A DNA stretch of 37,940 bases. Origin: Thermoanaerobaculia bacterium. GTDB taxonomy: Bacteria; Acidobacteriota; Thermoanaerobaculia; Multivoradales; UBA5704. The notes beneath the pieces are model-generated. The model had not been told where the DNA came from, searched no databases, and saw only the letters and a list, made by a program, of their open reading frames with translations. Made by a program: the position numbers and the translations under genes. The stretch covers positions 1 through 37,940 of the forward strand of contig DATAHG010000604.1 in NCBI GenBank assembly GCA_036263295.1, in the 5' to 3' direction. Of the stretch, positions 35,542 through 37,940 are shown piece after piece. Within the stretch, counting starts at the first letter, position 1; every line of letters starts with the position of its first letter.

Positions 35542-36881
35542 GCCCTGACCACTCGCGGATCGGGGTCCCGGAAAATGCCCCGGGTGTCCACGATGAGCGG
35601 CGCGTGGCGGAGCACCTGTCCGTAATCGACCGCCGAGTGGTCGGTCACCAGGAGGACGACGTCCACCCCCTGGAGCACCTCCGGCGTGAGCGGCCGGCAC
35701 TCCATCGGCGGCAGCTCGGGGCGGGACCGCACCCGCGGTGCCACCGGCACGTGGGGGTCGTGGTACTCGACCTCGGCCCCCAGCCGCAGCAGGTGGTCGA
35801 TCAGGATGAACGCCGGGCTCTCGCGGGTGTCGTCCACATCCTTCTTGTAGGCGAGCCCAAGGACCAGCACGCGGCTCCCCTTGACCGGCTTGCCGTGGTC
35901 GTTCAGGGCGAGCGCCAGCTTCTCGATCACCCAGTCGGGCATATGGCGGTTGACCTCGCCGGCGCGCTCGATGAAGTGGGGGGTGACGCCGTGTTCGCGC
36001 GCCTTCCAGGTCAGGTAGAACGGGTCGAGCGGTATGCAGTGTCCACCCCAACCCGGGCCGGGGTTGAAGCGCAGGAAGCCGAACGGCTTGGTGGCGGCGG
36101 CGTCCAGCACCTCCCAGACGTCGATCCCCATGCGGTCGTAGACCACCTTAAGCTCGTTGACCAGGGCGATGTTGACCGCCCGGAAGATGTTCTCGGTGAG
36201 CTTGGCGGCCTCGGCCACCCGAGTCGAAGAGACGAGGACTGTCCGGGCGATCACCGCGTCGTAGAGCGCCTGGGCGAGGTCGGCGGAGACCGGGTCGGCG
36301 CCGGCCACCACCTTGGGGATGGTGGTGGTCGAGAAGTCGCGGTTGCCGGGGTCCTCGCGCTCAGGGGAGAAGGCGAGGAAGAAATCGCGGCCGGGGACGA
36401 GGCCGCTCTCCGCCAGGAGCGGCGCCAGGACCTCGTCGGTGGTGCCGGGCCAGGTGGTCGATTCGAGCACCACGATCTGTCCCGGGCGCAGACAGTCGCG
36501 GATCTGCTCGGCGCTGCGCACCACATAAGAGAGATCGGGCTCGCGCTGCGGAGTGAGCGGCGTCGGCACGCAGATCAGGACCGCGTCGGGCTCGCCGAGA
36601 CGAGAGAAGTCGGTGGTGGCCGAGAATCCGGCGGCGGTGGCGGCGCGCAGGCGCTCCGAGCCGAGATGGCGCAGGTAGCCTTCGCCGCGCTCGATCGCGT
36701 CGATTTTCGTGGGGTCCACGTCGAAGCCGAGGACGGGGAAGCCCCGTTCGGTGTAGGCGAGCGCCAGAGGCAGCCCGACATAGCCGAGGCCGACGATGCC
36801 GATCACGGCGCGGCGTTCGCGGATCCGGGCCGCCAACTCGATCGCCGCGGGGGCGGCAGGGGAGAGTTCAGAAGAGGTCAT
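35538..36881 (-). CDS. nucleotide-sugar 6-dehydrogenase, UDP-N-acetyl-hexosamine type (WecC/WbpA/TviB/Cap5O family)
   Basis: ATG at 36881. IGIVGLGYVGLPLA Rossmann motif, VPTP, ESTTWPGTT, AEAAKLTENIFRAVNIALVNEL and catalytic GWGGHCIPLDP. 447 aa. Confidence 0.88.
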   Translation of the reverse strand: MTSSELSPAAPAAIELAARIRERRAVIGIVGLGYVGLPLALAYTERGFPVLGFDVDPTKIDAIERGEGYLRHLGSERLRAATAAGFSATTDFSRLGEPDAVLICVPTPLTPQREPDLSYVVRSAEQIRDCLRPGQIVVLESTTWPGTTDEVLAPLLAESGLVPGRDFFLAFSPEREDPGNRDFSTTTIPKVVAGADPVSADLAQALYDAVIARTVLVSSTRVAEAAKLTENIFRAVNIALVNELKVVYDRMGIDVWEVLDAAATKPFGFLRFNPGPGWGGHCIPLDPFYLTWKAREHGVTPHFIERAGEVNRHMPDWVIEKLALALNDHGKPVKGSRVLVLGLAYKKDVDDTRESPAFILIDHLLRLGAEVEYHDPHVPVAPRVRSRPELPPMECRPLTPEVLQGVDVVLLVTDHSAVDYGQVLRHAPLIVDTRGIFRDPDPRVVRA

Positions 36882-36974
36882 GATCCTGATCGTACTCGAC
36901 GTCTTTGCAGGCTCCGCCCCCTTCGGTGTACATCGCAGAGACGACACCGCCGGGAGAGCCAGGGGAGCGCCGGA

Positions 36975-37562
36975 CTAGCCAGCGCGGCGCAGGGCCGCCG
37001 CTCGAACTGGGCGGGGGCGCGCCGGAGCGAGCGCCTCGCGGTCGATCTCGGCGGCGACCGCCTGCCGGAGCATCGTGACCGATACCACCAGCCGCAGTCG
37101 GCCCTTCTCGCGCAGCACCGTGCCAGTCCAGCCGCGCAGCGGGCCGTCCACGATCTCTACCTCGTCGCCCGGACCCAGGTAAGGGTGGGGGACGAGAGGG
37201 GCGCCGGACTGCTGGAGCCGCCAGAGGCTCTCCAGCTCCCGCGCGAGGCCGTCCTGGTCGGCCACGGGCAGCACCTGCACGATCAGGTTGCTGCGCAGGG
37301 CGCCGAGCCGTTCCGCGGCCGTACCGCGGAAAAACAGGTAGCCCGGGAAGAGGGGCAGATGGGAGACGAACGTCCGCCCGTTCCGCCGCACCTCCTTCTC
37401 GGACTGGGGCAGATAGAACCCGACCTCTTCACCGTGCAGATGGCGCGCGAGCCCCTTCTCCTGCCGGCTGCGCACATGGGCCACCCACCAGGGGGCCTCG
37501 GACCGGCACAGGTCGAACAGATCGGGAGGGGAAAAATCGACTTCGCGCTTGAGGATCGGCAC
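36975..37562 (-). CDS. NusG-family paralog (RfaH/UpxY/LoaP-like operon-specific antiterminator)
   Basis: NGN-like WWVAHVRSRQEKGLARHL...FYLPQ...LFPGYLFFRG and KOW-like GDEVEIVDGPLRGWTGTVL. I propose a GTG start at 37562 because third-position GC drops sharply upstream of it. The exact start is uncertain. Stop TAG at 36975-36977. Confidence 0.75.
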   Translation of the reverse strand: MPILKREVDFSPPDLFDLCRSEAPWWVAHVRSRQEKGLARHLHGEEVGFYLPQSEKEVRRNGRTFVSHLPLFPGYLFFRGTAAERLGALRSNLIVQVLPVADQDGLARELESLWRLQQSGAPLVPHPYLGPGDEVEIVDGPLRGWTGTVLREKGRLRLVVSVTMLRQAVAAEIDREALAPARPRPVRAAALRRAG

Positions 37563-37701
37563 GTCGAGGGTACGGCTCTTTCTACTTCGAGATCGGTTCA
37601 CTTCTGCAAGTGGGCGCAGGGGGGATTGTACAACAGACTGTGCAGAAAGGAGGAGCGAGCCCTCGTCTCGGTAGTGCCTCGATTCGCCAAGCACACCGTT
37701 C

Positions 37702-37786
37702 GGGCGCAATAAATTGCGCCCCTACAACTGCTGCAAACCGCAAAGCTGTCTAGCAGCAGTCGTAGGGGCGTGATTTATCACGCCCC
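37702..37786. repeat. 85-nt nested palindrome (three consecutive hairpins)
   Basis: H1 is GGGCGCAAT-AA-ATTGCGCCC (37702-37721). The central stem is CTACAACTGCTGC (37722-37734) with GCAGCAGTCGTAG (37753-37765), 12 of 13 pairs, 18-nt loop. H3 is GGGGCGTGAT-TT-ATCACGCCCC (37765-37786). H1 and H3 are inverted copies differing by two compensatory base-pair swaps (CA/TG versus TG/CA). Confidence 0.8.
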
Positions 37787-37829
37787 AGCGGCGCACTTCA
37801 CGCCGGGGGTAAAATGAGCCATCACCCTC

Positions 37830-37921
37830 GTCTCGGTACCTGATTCCAAGTCCCGAGACCCGATGGCGCGTTCGGCTTGTTGGCCGGGAAAGTCTTGGTA
37901 CTTGATTCCAAGTCCCGAGAC
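37830..37921. repeat. two 30-nt direct repeats (28/30 identical) separated by 32 nt, each able to form a terminal 7-bp hairpin; the array may continue past the window end
   Basis: Copy 1 is GTCTCGGTACCTGATTCCAAGTCCCGAGAC (37830-37859). Copy 2 is GTCTTGGTACTTGATTCCAAGTCCCGAGAC (37892-37921). Arms GTCTYGG/CCGAGAC are complementary. A degenerate third copy lies at 37660-37691 and shares the exact 14-mer CCCTCGTCTCGGTA with 37825-37838. Confidence 0.75.
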
Positions 37922-37940
37922 TTTGCGCCGTGTTCAGCTT

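Noticed and set aside
37665-37680. RfaH ops-like motif (CGGTAGTG within TCTCGGTAGTGCC)
   Set aside because: Only 6-7 of 12 ops positions match. The motif is on the plus strand, which is the template strand for the minus-strand operon, whereas ops acts on the non-template strand.
37702-37786. Bidirectional Rho-independent terminators formed by the GC-rich hairpins
   Set aside because: Neither hairpin is followed by a T/U-tract in either orientation.
37814-37843. 9-codon mini-ORF (MSHHPRLGT) with a GGGGG stretch upstream, running into repeat copy 1, as a possible leader peptide
   Set aside because: It is too short to evaluate from sequence alone, has no regulatory codon run, and the direction of transcription here is unknown.
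37895-37912. Sigma-54 type -24/-12 promoter inside the repeats (TGGTAC...TTCC)
   Set aside because: There is no GC dinucleotide at the correct 10-nt spacing from the GG, so the element does not fit TGGCAC-N5-TTGC.
37830-37940. CRISPR array (30-nt repeats, 32-nt spacer)
   Set aside because: Only two good copies are visible, and they differ at 2 positions. The inter-repeat sequences resemble each other rather than being unique. The repeat pairs end to end rather than having an internal stem, and no cas genes are in the window. This cannot be fully excluded because the window ends 19 nt after the second repeat, so I kept it as a finding to check.

Overview
Very GC-rich bacterial DNA (about 70% G+C by eye, not computed). 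Stop codons are rare in this composition, so most long ORFs in the track are antisense shadows or spurious N-terminal extensions. I chose real genes by family motifs, start/stop junctions and third-position GC. The left edge carries two plus-strand genes: a 5'-truncated TesA-like SGNH esterase and a small membrane protein. The rest of the window (1071-37562) is one minus-strand cell-surface glycan locus of 31 co-directional genes, about 36.5 kb. It opens with a NusG/RfaH-type paralog. It then encodes a UDP-HexNAc-type dehydrogenase, 11 glycosyltransferase genes (one a two-domain fusion), a WecA-type initiating transferase and the Wzm/Wzt ABC exporter, whose Wzt has a C-terminal extension. It also has a Wzy/WaaL-like membrane protein, a CDP-glucose pathway (RfbF, RfbG, RmlC-like cupin, SDR reductase) and a long eukaryote-type UDP-galactopyranose mutase homolog. 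Decoration genes are two AsnB-family amidotransferases (one lacking the N-terminal Cys), five methyltransferases, a NodU/CmcH carbamoyltransferase and a CE4 deacetylase. Thirteen gene junctions are 4-nt start/stop overlaps. The largest intra-locus gap holds a tiny opposite-strand ribbon-helix-helix gene. The AT-richer region upstream of the NusG paralog (37563-37940, running off the window) holds an 85-nt nested palindrome with compensatory stem changes. It also holds a family of about 30-nt hairpin-forming direct repeats with a 62-nt period. I found no rRNA, tRNA, transposase or convincing CRISPR array. All family calls come from reading motifs, not from database searches.
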